From: Candidatus Micrarchaeota archaeon
GTDB taxonomy: Archaea; Micrarchaeota; Micrarchaeia; Anstonellales; Bilamarchaeaceae
Direction: 5' to 3'
Assembly (NCBI GenBank): GCA_043821365.1
Contig: JBDRCX010000002.1
Coordinates: forward strand, 142,875 to 206,874
Length of the DNA: 64,000 bases
Both the position numbers and the translations under genes were made by a program. Positions 48,354-57,562 of the stretch are shown one piece after another (the first letter of the stretch is position 1; the number at the start of each line of letters is the position of its first letter). The notes under the pieces were generated by a model. It saw nothing but the letters and a program-made list of their open reading frames with translations. It had not been told where the DNA came from and did not search any database.

Positions 48354-49331
48354 ATGATAAAATTAGATAAAAAAAACAAACAATTGCTTTCTCTTCTTTA
48401 TATGGATTCACGAATGAGTTTTGTTCAACTCGGAAAGAAGCTCAAACTCAGCAGTAGTAGTGTTGAAAGAAGATTAGTCAAGCTCCAAGATGCCGGTATC
48501 GTTTCACTATTATTTGCAGATGTCAATCTTCTAAAATTAGGTTTCAAATCCTATAGAATTTATCTTAAGTTTGATGCAATGAATGAAATTACTGAAAAGG
48601 AAATTCTGACTCTTTTTGAAAACCATCCTAGAACTGTGTGGGGCGTGGTGTGCGAGGGTGCATACGATGTGTTATGGAGGATAATTGCAAAAAACGAGAT
48701 AGAGGTTGAAGATGCAGTTCATTTGATAGTTGATAAATTTGGAGAACATATAACTGAAAAAACAGTAATAACTACAACCTACCAAACCTATCTTTCTTGG
48801 AATCGTGCATTGGGTGGAGAAAGACATCCTGAATTACCGTTAGAAAAAATAACTCCAACCCACGATGTCGATAAAAAAGATATGGCTATTTTAGTCTCAT
48901 TATATCATAATTCCAGAGCAACAACTGTTGATATTGCAAGAATAGTTGGGTTGACACCTGATGCAGTTAATTACCGTATAAAAAAACTTATGGAGAATGA
49001 GTTTATTCTTGGCTATACTGCTTGGTTTGATGCTAAAAAACTTGGTTTTGAATACTACAAACTTTTGATAAACTTTAGAAGTATCACACGTAAAAAGGAA
49101 AAACAATTTCTTGATTTTTGTCTTGAACATGATAATGTTATTTTTTTGAATAAAACTATCGGAAGTTGGGATATTGAGGTTGATATTCTTGTTGAAAATG
49201 CAGTTGAGCTTCATAGATTCATACAAGAAACTAAAACTAAATTTGGTGGGATAATCGGAAACCATAGCTACATTTCTGCTATTGAAGAAAGAATGCTCAA
49301 TCCGATTAGGGGAGAATCACCTAAGCCCTAA
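48354..49331 (+). CDS. Tandem (double) Lrp/AsnC transcriptional regulator
   Basis: Two HTH-RAM units: LDKKNKQLL..DSRMSF..LGKKL and VDKKDMAIL..NSRAT..IARIVG; GAYD and GSWD effector-domain motifs. Confidence 0.9.
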   Translation: MIKLDKKNKQLLSLLYMDSRMSFVQLGKKLKLSSSSVERRLVKLQDAGIVSLLFADVNLLKLGFKSYRIYLKFDAMNEITEKEILTLFENHPRTVWGVVCEGAYDVLWRIIAKNEIEVEDAVHLIVDKFGEHITEKTVITTTYQTYLSWNRALGGERHPELPLEKITPTHDVDKKDMAILVSLYHNSRATTVDIARIVGLTPDAVNYRIKKLMENEFILGYTAWFDAKKLGFEYYKLLINFRSITRKKEKQFLDFCLEHDNVIFLNKTIGSWDIEVDILVENAVELHRFIQETKTKFGGIIGNHSYISAIEERMLNPIRGESPKP

Positions 49332-50064
49332 TCCATTTCATTGTTTTTTCAAAATCTCTCTTTATATTGAATTTGGCAAAATATTTCAAAATAATTGAAA
49401 TATCTCTTTCTAAAAATTTTTCTGCATTTGGATGCCTAAGAATAACTCCCTGGCCAAAGTCAATCAAGAACGGCTGTGGACCAATCATAATATTATATTC
49501 ACTTAGATCCGCATGTACAAGTCCTGCTTTGTACATCTTTTTTATATCCTGTAGAAGGGAATCCAAATCAGCTTCCCCGTGCAATGGGCCAACCATATTC
49601 AATGTTGGGTATGGAAGTTCACCTTCACCCAAAAATTCCATAACCACAATTCTTCCTATCATGTAATATGGTTTTGGTGCTCTTACATTTGCTTTTTCAC
49701 AAATTTCAAGGTTTTTATATTCTTTATGTGCGAATGCCTTAACAATATCTCTAGGATTTGATTTAATTCTTGAAAATCTTGGGTCAGCATCAAGGTATTC
49801 GTCTTTTCTAAAAAAAGGTGCAGTTTCAGTTTTGTACATTTTTACTGCAACATAATTTCCATCAGGTGTGGTTGCACGAAAAACATTTGCTTCCTTACCT
49901 GTTGAAATTGGGTAGTCAACTGTTTTCAGTATTCCCTTTTTCATTAATTTTTGAAGGTCTAATAGGGCGTTCTTGTCAAAGACATCACTCTCAATTTTAA
50001 ATCGTTCTTTGAGTTGATAGTCTTCTTTCAGAGGCTTTTTTCTTTTTGATACCTGCCGTGCCAT
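49321..50064 (-). CDS. rio1: RIO1 family serine kinase
   Basis: ISTGKEANVF, AVKMY, VHADLSEYNI, IDFGQ. Confidence 0.93.
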   Translation of the reverse strand: MARQVSKRKKPLKEDYQLKERFKIESDVFDKNALLDLQKLMKKGILKTVDYPISTGKEANVFRATTPDGNYVAVKMYKTETAPFFRKDEYLDADPRFSRIKSNPRDIVKAFAHKEYKNLEICEKANVRAPKPYYMIGRIVVMEFLGEGELPYPTLNMVGPLHGEADLDSLLQDIKKMYKAGLVHADLSEYNIMIGPQPFLIDFGQGVILRHPNAEKFLERDISIILKYFAKFNIKRDFEKTMKWIRA

Positions 50065-50067
50065 AAA

Positions 50068-50400
50068 TCAGATGTGCCCCTCTTCTTTGAGTATTCTGGC
50101 CTGGAGTGGGAAATATCTCCAAACAATATCTCCTTTTGAATCCCCCTGGATTTCAAATGGTTTTACAATAACTACGTCTCCTTCCTTTACCCATATTTTA
50201 TTTTTCAGCTTACCTGGGATTCTACACATTCTTTCTTTTCCATCCTTACAAACTACTTTCATCCTTGAGCCGCCCATAAGGCCTAGGACAACACCAAGAA
50301 CTTCTCCTTCCTTGGGAAATTTTAATCTTCGTCTTTCTTCTTCTTTATTGAATGGTGTTCTCTTTGCACCAGGTTTTCTTCCGCCTCGGTTATACAACAT
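50068..50400 (-). CDS. eif1a: Translation initiation factor aIF-1A
   Basis: RRLKFPKEGEVLG, CKDGKERMCRIPGKLKNKIWVKEGDVVIV, KGDIVWRY; start ATG 50400 or TTG 50397. Confidence 0.95.
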   Translation of the reverse strand: MLYNRGGRKPGAKRTPFNKEEERRRLKFPKEGEVLGVVLGLMGGSRMKVVCKDGKERMCRIPGKLKNKIWVKEGDVVIVKPFEIQGDSKGDIVWRYFPLQARILKEEGHI

Positions 50401-50492
50401 ATCACCTTGTAAAAATTTCCTAATTTTGTTGCGAAGCAAGGCTTCGCAACTGCCGTGAAATGTCATTTCACAACATTACTAAGACAAAATTG
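50401..50492 (-). repeat. Twin-hairpin leader cassette, copy 2 (aIF-1A leader)
   Basis: Minus strand GTGAAAT-GAC-ATTTCAC, GGCA, GTTGCGAAGC-CTT-GCTTCGCAAC, AAAATTAGGAAATTTTTACAAGGTGAT-ATG. Confidence 0.85.
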
Positions 50493-50625
50493 AAACAATT
50501 TTGTCACCTTATCAAAATGAAATTTTTATAAAAACAAAATGTTTGCACATTTTGTCATCTTATCGTAAATTCTATTCAAATTTACGATTCTGAAAAAATG
50601 TCCGCACATTTTTTTTCACCTTATT
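50483..50625 (-). repeat. Three degenerate ~30-nt palindromic repeat units carrying SD-like AAGRTGA plus an extra hairpin
   Basis: Plus-strand units acaaaattgaaacaattttgtcaccttatc (50484), acaaaatgtttgcacattttgtcatcttatc (50534), aaaaaatgtccgcacattttttttcaccttatt (50593); ATCGTAAATT/AATTTACGAT hairpin 50562-50588. Confidence 0.8.
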
Positions 50626-51029
50626 GCCTTTCGGGCACCACATGCCTCACAAATCAGATTACGTACTCTGTGGCCAAGATCCTCAATATGAGTATCAGGA
50701 CGATTACACTCTTTACACATTACAAATTTCTTAATAAACTCTTCTAGTTTTGTGTTAACAATATCCCCAGCTAATTTCCTCTGTAAAATAAGTCTATCTC
50801 CCTGTATTTCAACTGGAACTGCAAGTTCTTTTGACAAATATTTCGAAAGAACTTCTGGTTCTCTTCTTATCTTTTCAATAACTATTTTGAAATTCTTAAG
50901 GATTGTTTTGTTTCCCTCTGTGAAATATTCAAATTTAGGCATTTCAAAACGTTCACCACTGGATGTGGTCTTTGGTAATTTGGCATACAAGCCATCTAGT
51001 AACTGTTCATAGTTTGACTCAGAACTCAT
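50616..51029 (-). CDS. eif2b: Translation initiation factor aIF-2 beta subunit
   Basis: YEQLLDGLY, RFEMPK, GNKTILKNF, CKECNRPDT, CEACGA; ATG 51029 preferred. Confidence 0.95.
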   Translation of the reverse strand: MSSESNYEQLLDGLYAKLPKTTSSGERFEMPKFEYFTEGNKTILKNFKIVIEKIRREPEVLSKYLSKELAVPVEIQGDRLILQRKLAGDIVNTKLEEFIKKFVMCKECNRPDTHIEDLGHRVRNLICEACGARKAIR

Positions 51030-51131
51030 AAAATGTTCACAACCACTATTTCCATTCCTCAACCAATAGTTGATTCTGGATAGTTAAGACACTATATGTC
51101 TCAGTATAATAACAAACGCATTGTTTTAAAA

Positions 51132-52382
51132 TCAAGTTCCTTCCTGCCAACTAGTCAAATATTTCATCTGTTCTTCAGTAAGTTTGTCTTTTTTGACATT
51201 CATAACTTCAAGTTGAAGTTCTGCAATATTCCTATCTATCTCTTCAGGTAGGACTATTACCCCGGGGTTGAGTTTACCCTTATTTTTCACTAAAAATTCG
51301 CAGGCAAGACTCTGTCCAGCAAAACTTGTTGCCATAACCTCACTTGGATGGCCTTCTGCAGCTGCCAAGTTTATAAGTCTTCCTTCACCACAAAGATAAA
51401 TCTTTTTTCCATTAATGTCATACTCATCTAAGAATGGTCTAATCTTTCTCTTTTTACCTGCTTTTGAAATAGATTCAACATCTATTTCACAATCAAAATG
51501 ACCAGAATTTGCAAGAATTGCACCATCTTTCATATTTTTTACGTGCTCTAATCTTATTACATGTTTGTCCCCAGTTACTGTGATAAAAATGTCGCCTATT
51601 TTTGCAGCTTCCATCATTGGCATAACAAGATAACCATCCAGAGTTGCTTGCATTGCTCTAAAAGCATCAACTTCAGTTACAATAACATTTGCACCCAGTC
51701 CTTTTGCTCTGAGTGCAACTCCCTTTCCACAATCTCCATATCCGCCTACAATGAAAGTTTTTCCAGCAATAAGTGTATTTGTTGCTCTTAGTAAACCATC
51801 TATTGAAGACTGACCTGTTCCGTAATAATTGTCTAACAAATGTTTTGTTTTATTGTCATTAACTGCAATCACAGGAATTTTCAATGCATTGTCTTTTGCC
51901 ATTGCCCTGAGACGTATTACTCCAGTGGTGGTTTCTTCACAGCCGCCTATTACTTTAGATAACTTTTCTGGGTGTTTTGTGTGAAGCGCACTAATCAAAT
52001 CACAACCATCATCAATGGTGATGTCCGGATTACGTGCCACCACCTGTTCTATGTATTCATAATATTCTTCTTTACTTTCTCCTTTTTTTGCAAAAACATT
52101 TATCCCTTCCTTAGCCAAAGCAGCAGCAACATCGTCTTGTGTTGAAAGTGGGTTACAGCTTGCTATTGCTACTTTTGCCCCACCTGCAATTAATGTTCTT
52201 ACTAATACTGCAGTTTCTTTTGTAACATGTAATGCAAGTCCAATGGTGAGTCCTGCAAATGGTTTTTCTTTCAGGAACCGTTCTTTAATTTTTCCCATTA
52301 TTTGCATATTTCTTTCTGCATACTCAATGTTTAGCATTCCCTGTTCTGCTAGCTTTTCATCTTTTACTGCATAATCAGACAT
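51132..52382 (-). CDS. ahcY: Adenosylhomocysteinase
   Basis: SCNPLSTQDD, DDGCDL, EETTTG, DNYYGTGQS, GYGDCGKG, EGRLINL, GHPSEVM. Confidence 0.97.
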   Translation of the reverse strand: MSDYAVKDEKLAEQGMLNIEYAERNMQIMGKIKERFLKEKPFAGLTIGLALHVTKETAVLVRTLIAGGAKVAIASCNPLSTQDDVAAALAKEGINVFAKKGESKEEYYEYIEQVVARNPDITIDDGCDLISALHTKHPEKLSKVIGGCEETTTGVIRLRAMAKDNALKIPVIAVNDNKTKHLLDNYYGTGQSSIDGLLRATNTLIAGKTFIVGGYGDCGKGVALRAKGLGANVIVTEVDAFRAMQATLDGYLVMPMMEAAKIGDIFITVTGDKHVIRLEHVKNMKDGAILANSGHFDCEIDVESISKAGKKRKIRPFLDEYDINGKKIYLCGEGRLINLAAAEGHPSEVMATSFAGQSLACEFLVKNKGKLNPGVIVLPEEIDRNIAELQLEVMNVKKDKLTEEQMKYLTSWQEGT

Positions 52383-52455
52383 TATTACACCGTTTATAGT
52401 GTTCGTTGCTTCTAATTTAAAATAGTTGCATACTCTTGATCATATCTATTTAAAT

Positions 52456-52483
52456 ATATATCCAGTTCTAGATATATCGATAT
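52456..52483. promoter_or_regulatory. Candidate PadR operator
   Basis: ATATATC-N8-GATATAT inverted repeat (52456-52477) plus ATATCGATAT palindrome (52474-52483), between TATTTAAATA box and padR ATG. Confidence 0.5.
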
Positions 52484-52485
52484 TC

Positions 52486-52836
52486 ATGGAGATGCTAAGC
52501 CACAAACCCGAGAATGTGCATAAGCAGATGCTAAAACATATGCTTTCGACATTCTTACTCTGGCTTATATCAAAAAAACCAATGCATGGTTATGAACTTA
52601 TAAAAACAGTAGAAAAAGATGGTGGTTTCAAAATAGTTACAGCCAGCAAAGTCTATCCGATTTTAAAATCTTTAACCAGAAAAGGATTAATTGATCATGA
52701 AAAACAAGCACAAGGACGCAGAATAAAAAAAATTTATCACATAACTGACAAGGGAAAAATGGCGTTAAAACGCATAAGAATGTGTCTTTTTGAAAGCGAA
52801 TTAAAAAGACAATTCCTGAAAGAGATGACAACATGA
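52486..52836 (+). CDS. PadR family transcriptional regulator
   Basis: LLWLIS..PMHGYEL, SKVYPIL..L..KGLI, RIKKIYHITDKG; ATG 52486. Confidence 0.92.
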   Translation: MEMLSHKPENVHKQMLKHMLSTFLLWLISKKPMHGYELIKTVEKDGGFKIVTASKVYPILKSLTRKGLIDHEKQAQGRRIKKIYHITDKGKMALKRIRMCLFESELKRQFLKEMTT

Positions 52837-53558
52837 AAAATTCAAGAAAGAATTTTTCAGAATTGGAATTTCATTCCAATCTGATGAAGAAAAAAGAAGT
52901 TCTTAGGCTTAACAATGTTAACAAGATCTATGATATGGGTGCAGTTAAAGTGAGAGCTCTTGATGGTGCTAATCTAGTTGTAAATCAGGGTGAGATGGTC
53001 TGTATTGTCGGACCATCAGGTTCAGGAAAAAGTACCTTACTGCACATAATGGGCCTTTTAGACACTCCCACATCAGGTTATCGTTATATTGATGGAATTG
53101 AAACTGCAAAAATGAGTGAAGCAGAACAAGCTCGAATCAGAGGTAGGAAAATAGGCTTTGTTTTTCAGAAGTTCAATTTAATACCAAGTTTTACTGCTCT
53201 TGAAAATGTTGAACTGCCATTGGTTCTTTGTGATGGTTGTAAAAATCGCAGAGAACAGGCAACAAAAGTTCTCCAGTCTTTGGATATGGGTGAAAGACTT
53301 CATCATTATCCATCTCAACTTTCAGGAGGTCAAATACAAAGAGTTGCTATTGCACGTGCTTTAGTTAACAACCCAGAAATAATACTTGCCGATGAACCAA
53401 CTGGAAACCTTGATTCAAAAACAGGTAAAGAGGTTCTTGAAATCTTAAACAAACTTAATAAGCAAGGTAGGACGATTTTGATAATTACTCATGATGAGTT
53501 AATATCGAAAAACGTACCAAGAGTGGTAAGAATAAAAGATGGAAAAATATTTGAATAA
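52833..53558 (+). CDS. ABC transporter ATP-binding protein (LolD/MacB type)
   Basis: GPSGSGKST, LSGGQ, ILADEPTGNLD, ITHD. Confidence 0.95.
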   Translation: MKNSRKNFSELEFHSNLMKKKEVLRLNNVNKIYDMGAVKVRALDGANLVVNQGEMVCIVGPSGSGKSTLLHIMGLLDTPTSGYRYIDGIETAKMSEAEQARIRGRKIGFVFQKFNLIPSFTALENVELPLVLCDGCKNRREQATKVLQSLDMGERLHHYPSQLSGGQIQRVAIARALVNNPEIILADEPTGNLDSKTGKEVLEILNKLNKQGRTILIITHDELISKNVPRVVRIKDGKIFE

Positions 53559-53579
53559 AAATTTAAAAATGGTGAAAAA

Positions 53580-55037
53580 ATGAAGAAAATATTATTGGCG
53601 TTCGTGTTGATGTTTGCGTTGTCGTTTGCCGGTATATCCATACCAAATTACACAGTTTCAAAAAGTTCATTTCAGCCTAATGAACAGGGTGTAATCACCG
53701 TAACTGTTGTGAATCCTTCTGGAACTGCAAGAGTTAGTACTCTCACAATGTCCATATCCAATCCATATGAGATTACTGTTACAGGATCGTCAACTCTTTC
53801 TGATATTGAAAATGGCGGAACTGCAATAGTTTCAATTCCAATAAAAATCAAACAAGATGCAAAGGCTGGCGTTTATTTAGTTACAATGTCATTTACTGGA
53901 ACAGAGTATAGCAGTGGAGAAGATCCGAAAAAAGTTCTTAATAGTGTTTCAATCCCAGTAACGGTTCTAAGTTCACCAATATTCTCTTTCGTAACAGACA
54001 CAACATCTCTTAGTAGTATTGACAATATTGTTCTTAATGTATCCAATAATGGGGGCATTGCAAAAAATGCACGCATAGGTACAAGTGGGACCATATCATT
54101 GTATGGTACAAATGAAGTTTTCATTGGTAATATAGAAGGCTCACAACTTATTACTTTACAATTAGATTCAAGAAGTGCATCAGACGGTCCTGAAGATCTG
54201 ATATTAGTAATGACATATGAGGATGAGCTTGGTACACAGCACTCAGACCAATACATAATCCGTATGACTGTAAAAAAGGAGAAATTGAACCTAGCTTTTT
54301 CACAAACATCCGAACTTGTTACGCGTGAGGAAGGTTCAATTACACTTACAATAAAAAATAATGGAGATAAGCAACTAAAGGACGTGAGGTTAACTTTCAC
54401 AAACAGTTCATTGCGTTTTAAGGACAGAAACGAATTATTATTCGGAAACATCGCACAAGGTGCAAGTGCAGAAGTGAACGCTACTCTATTTGCAGACCTA
54501 ATTCCTGGCTTAAATCTTGTTCCAGCAACATTATCATGGGTTGAGGAAGATGTGGAAAAAGAGGAATTGGTTGAGTTCCCGTTCACTGTGTCTTCTGATG
54601 CAGATGTTGGTATCTATCTCGAGGCAAAACCATCACCTTTAATGTCAAGCCAGGAACATACAATATCTGTCTTGGTTTCAAACCTTGGTTCATATGCAAT
54701 TGACAATGTTGATGTTGAGTTTATATCGGATTCATTGGAATCACTAGACATCTCATCAAATCAATACATAGGAAGCTTGAACAATGATGATTTCAGCACC
54801 GTACAGTTCAAAGTTCGTATTGGCAATGTTCCTGAAGGGTCATACCCAATAAAACTAAACATTACCTACAGAGACAAATCTGGTGAATGGAAATCAAAAT
54901 TAGTAACCAAAAACGTTAATGTTTATTCACAACCAGCCCAAAATGGTTCTGAATTTATTCTAATTGGCGGTTTGGTTATTGTTGTTCTTGCAGTCTGGTT
55001 TTTCTTTATAAGAAAAAAACCAACCAAGGTCGGATAG
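53580..55037 (+). CDS. COG1361 / CARDB-repeat secreted membrane-anchored protein
   Basis: Signal peptide, repeated Ig-like units (SNNGG, KNNGD, SNLGS), C-terminal TM with basic tail. Confidence 0.82.
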   Translation: MKKILLAFVLMFALSFAGISIPNYTVSKSSFQPNEQGVITVTVVNPSGTARVSTLTMSISNPYEITVTGSSTLSDIENGGTAIVSIPIKIKQDAKAGVYLVTMSFTGTEYSSGEDPKKVLNSVSIPVTVLSSPIFSFVTDTTSLSSIDNIVLNVSNNGGIAKNARIGTSGTISLYGTNEVFIGNIEGSQLITLQLDSRSASDGPEDLILVMTYEDELGTQHSDQYIIRMTVKKEKLNLAFSQTSELVTREEGSITLTIKNNGDKQLKDVRLTFTNSSLRFKDRNELLFGNIAQGASAEVNATLFADLIPGLNLVPATLSWVEEDVEKEELVEFPFTVSSDADVGIYLEAKPSPLMSSQEHTISVLVSNLGSYAIDNVDVEFISDSLESLDISSNQYIGSLNNDDFSTVQFKVRIGNVPEGSYPIKLNITYRDKSGEWKSKLVTKNVNVYSQPAQNGSEFILIGGLVIVVLAVWFFFIRKKPTKVG

Positions 55038-56252
55038 ATGAAATTTTTTGACCTTGTTTTTTATTCTTTCAATTCATTAAAGCAAAGAAAGCTTAGATCA
55101 TGGCTTACTGTGCTGGGTATAGTGGTTGGGATAACTTCAATTGTTGTTCTGGTTGGATTGGTACAGGGACTCAGGGATTATTTTGATAGCCAACTTTCAT
55201 CTTTCGGAGCAAGATCTATTGTTGTGTTGCCAGTTAATGTTGAAACAAGTGCCAATCCTGCTGCTTCTGCTTGGCTTCCAAGTAATGGGAAACTATTCAT
55301 GAAGGATTATGAAAGATTGAAACGTATTCCAGATATAGAAACCATTACACCTGTTCTTATTGGTCGGGTATCTGTTGATTACAAAAATCAATCAATCTCA
55401 TCTTCTGTTCTTGGTGTTGATCCTGAAATATATAAACAAACAGTTGGAACAGTTGAAATTGACAAGGGACGATTTCTTGAATCGTCAGATCAAAAATCAA
55501 TTATTGTTGGTTCATCCATAGCCAATGATACTTTTGATGAAGATATTCTTCTTTCATCTACATTGAAAATTTCTGGAGCTGATTTCCGTGTTGTAGGAAT
55601 ATTGGAAAAATCAGGGGCATCATTTACCAATATCGATAGTTCAATTTTGATGCCAATAGATGAAGCACGTATTATTTTTGGAGATATACTGGCTGATAAG
55701 GAAGTGCATTCAATCAGAATAACCGTTGTTGAGGATGCAAATATTAGTGAAGTTGCTGAGCGTGTTGAATATGAAATGTTTGCTGCTCACAGAGTTACTG
55801 AAGACAACAAAGATTTTGGTGTAATCACATCTGATTTTATTAATAATCAGCTTGACGAGGTTACTGGAATTCTTTCCATATTTCTTGGTGGCGTTGCTAG
55901 TATATCGCTTATTGTTGGTGGTGTTGGGATTGCAAACACCATGTTTATGAGTGTTGCTGAGCGTAAACGTGAAATCGGTATTTTGAAATCAATAGGCGCA
56001 AGAGAATCTGAAATTTTACATTTATTCCTTGTTGAAAGCAGTATGATAGGTATTGCCGGTGGCTTTTTTGGTGTTGTTTTAGCCTATCTAATATCAGGGG
56101 TAATTACACTTGTTTCTGGCATTAATGTTAGCATTCTTCCGTTGGTTGTTTTTGGTGCAGTATTCTTTTCAGGTGTAGTCGGGATAATCTCAGGTGCATA
56201 TCCTGCTAAATCAGCTGCTAAGCTTGATCCTGTGGAGGCGCTAGGCGGATGA
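55038..56252 (+). CDS. ABC transporter permease (MacB/FtsX family)
   Basis: RKLRSWLTVLGIVVG, GIANTM..SVAERKREIGILKSIGA, AAKLDPVEAL. Confidence 0.93.
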   Translation: MKFFDLVFYSFNSLKQRKLRSWLTVLGIVVGITSIVVLVGLVQGLRDYFDSQLSSFGARSIVVLPVNVETSANPAASAWLPSNGKLFMKDYERLKRIPDIETITPVLIGRVSVDYKNQSISSSVLGVDPEIYKQTVGTVEIDKGRFLESSDQKSIIVGSSIANDTFDEDILLSSTLKISGADFRVVGILEKSGASFTNIDSSILMPIDEARIIFGDILADKEVHSIRITVVEDANISEVAERVEYEMFAAHRVTEDNKDFGVITSDFINNQLDEVTGILSIFLGGVASISLIVGGVGIANTMFMSVAERKREIGILKSIGARESEILHLFLVESSMIGIAGGFFGVVLAYLISGVITLVSGINVSILPLVVFGAVFFSGVVGIISGAYPAKSAAKLDPVEALGG

Positions 56253-57472
56253 AGATAGAGGATATAATATCATATTCAATTAGAAGTCTGAGAAAGACCA
56301 GCCTTCGTTCCTATCTCACAATTATTGGTATTGTTATCGGTGTTCTTGCAGTAGTTGTCATCACATCAATTAGCGAAGGTGTTCAAAAAGACATAAACGA
56401 TCAGCTTTCTGCATTTGGTACTGATAAAATGTTTATCACTCCCTCCTATGCTGGTGGCAGTGGTTTTGGTGGTGGCAGTCCAATACAAAGTGCGACTTTA
56501 GGAAAGTTATATGAAAAAGATATTGATTCACTGGAATCAATTCCTGGAATAAAATCAGTTGCTCGTTCTGTTTACGGGAGAGCCAGTTTTGGTTTTAGGG
56601 ACAAAGAAGTAACAACTATTATCTATGGGATGGATGCAATCTTTTTTGAACAATGGGAGAATTATATCACTGTAGAAACAGGAAGATATTACAATGATAA
56701 TGAAAGACGAGTTGTTGTTCTTGGTTATACTGCAGCAACAGAAACATTCGGCAAAGAAGAAATTGGCGTTGGAAATGTTGTAAGTATAAATGGAAAAGAT
56801 TACCGTGTGATTGGGATTCTCAAGGAGATAGGCACCTCATTATCTGCACAGGATGATAGTTCTATTTACATACCATTTGAAGATTCCAAAGATGAATTTG
56901 CATCACAACTAACTAAAAACGAAGTTCAATTTATTTCAATTCAATTGTCAGATGGTTATGATGCTAATGATGTTCAGGATAAGATTGAAACAAAACTTGC
57001 ATCAAATCACAAGCTTAGAGTGGAAGATAAGGATTTTATGGTAATCTCGTCAGATTATATAAACGAAACAATTGGTTCTTTATTGGGAACTTTAAGTGTA
57101 TTCTTGTTGTTCATAACTCTAATTGCAACTTTTGTTGGCGGTATTGGTATAATGAATACCATGCTTATGGGTGTTTTGGAAAGAGTAAGAGAGATCGGAA
57201 TACTAAAAGCAGTTGGTGCAACTGAGTTCAACATTCTTTCTATTTTTATTTTTGAATCAGGAATTATAGGGTTTATGGGGGGAATAATAGGGCTTGTTCT
57301 TGGTCTGGCCATACTATTTATAGCAGGTGAATTCGGAGTGCCATACTGGGTTCGTTTGCGTATTTTCGCATTTGCATTTGTCTTCTCTGCTTTTGTTGGT
57401 ATTATAGCAGGTATCATTCCTGCAAGGCAAGCTGCAAAAATGGATCCAGTTGATGCGTTGAGATACGAATAA
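56249..57472 (+). CDS. ABC transporter permease (MacB/FtsX family), paralogue
   Basis: LRSYLTIIGIVIG, GIMNTM..VLERVREIGILKAVGA, AAKMDPVDALRYE. Confidence 0.93.
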   Translation: MKIEDIISYSIRSLRKTSLRSYLTIIGIVIGVLAVVVITSISEGVQKDINDQLSAFGTDKMFITPSYAGGSGFGGGSPIQSATLGKLYEKDIDSLESIPGIKSVARSVYGRASFGFRDKEVTTIIYGMDAIFFEQWENYITVETGRYYNDNERRVVVLGYTAATETFGKEEIGVGNVVSINGKDYRVIGILKEIGTSLSAQDDSSIYIPFEDSKDEFASQLTKNEVQFISIQLSDGYDANDVQDKIETKLASNHKLRVEDKDFMVISSDYINETIGSLLGTLSVFLLFITLIATFVGGIGIMNTMLMGVLERVREIGILKAVGATEFNILSIFIFESGIIGFMGGIIGLVLGLAILFIAGEFGVPYWVRLRIFAFAFVFSAFVGIIAGIIPARQAAKMDPVDALRYE

Positions 57473-57562
57473 ACCTAGTTTCTGCAATAATTTCTCAGAA
57501 CGCGTTTGTTGATTTTTCAAACTGCTACTTATTTATTTGTTGTTATTTTAACTCTCAAAAAT

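Noticed and set aside
50401-50466. ORF-track N-terminal extension of aIF-1A
   Set aside because: It translates the hairpin cassette. The SD AAGGTGA at 50402-50408 points to a start at 50400 or 50397.
50484-50625. Possible mini-CRISPR array (three palindromic ~30-nt repeats with 20- and 28-nt spacers)
   Set aside because: The repeats are too divergent, the spacers are unequal and themselves palindromic, the third unit overlaps the aIF-2beta stop, and no cas genes are in the window. Reported as a hairpin array instead.
53873-54586. 237-aa minus-strand ORF
   Set aside because: Antisense shadow of the COG1361 gene.
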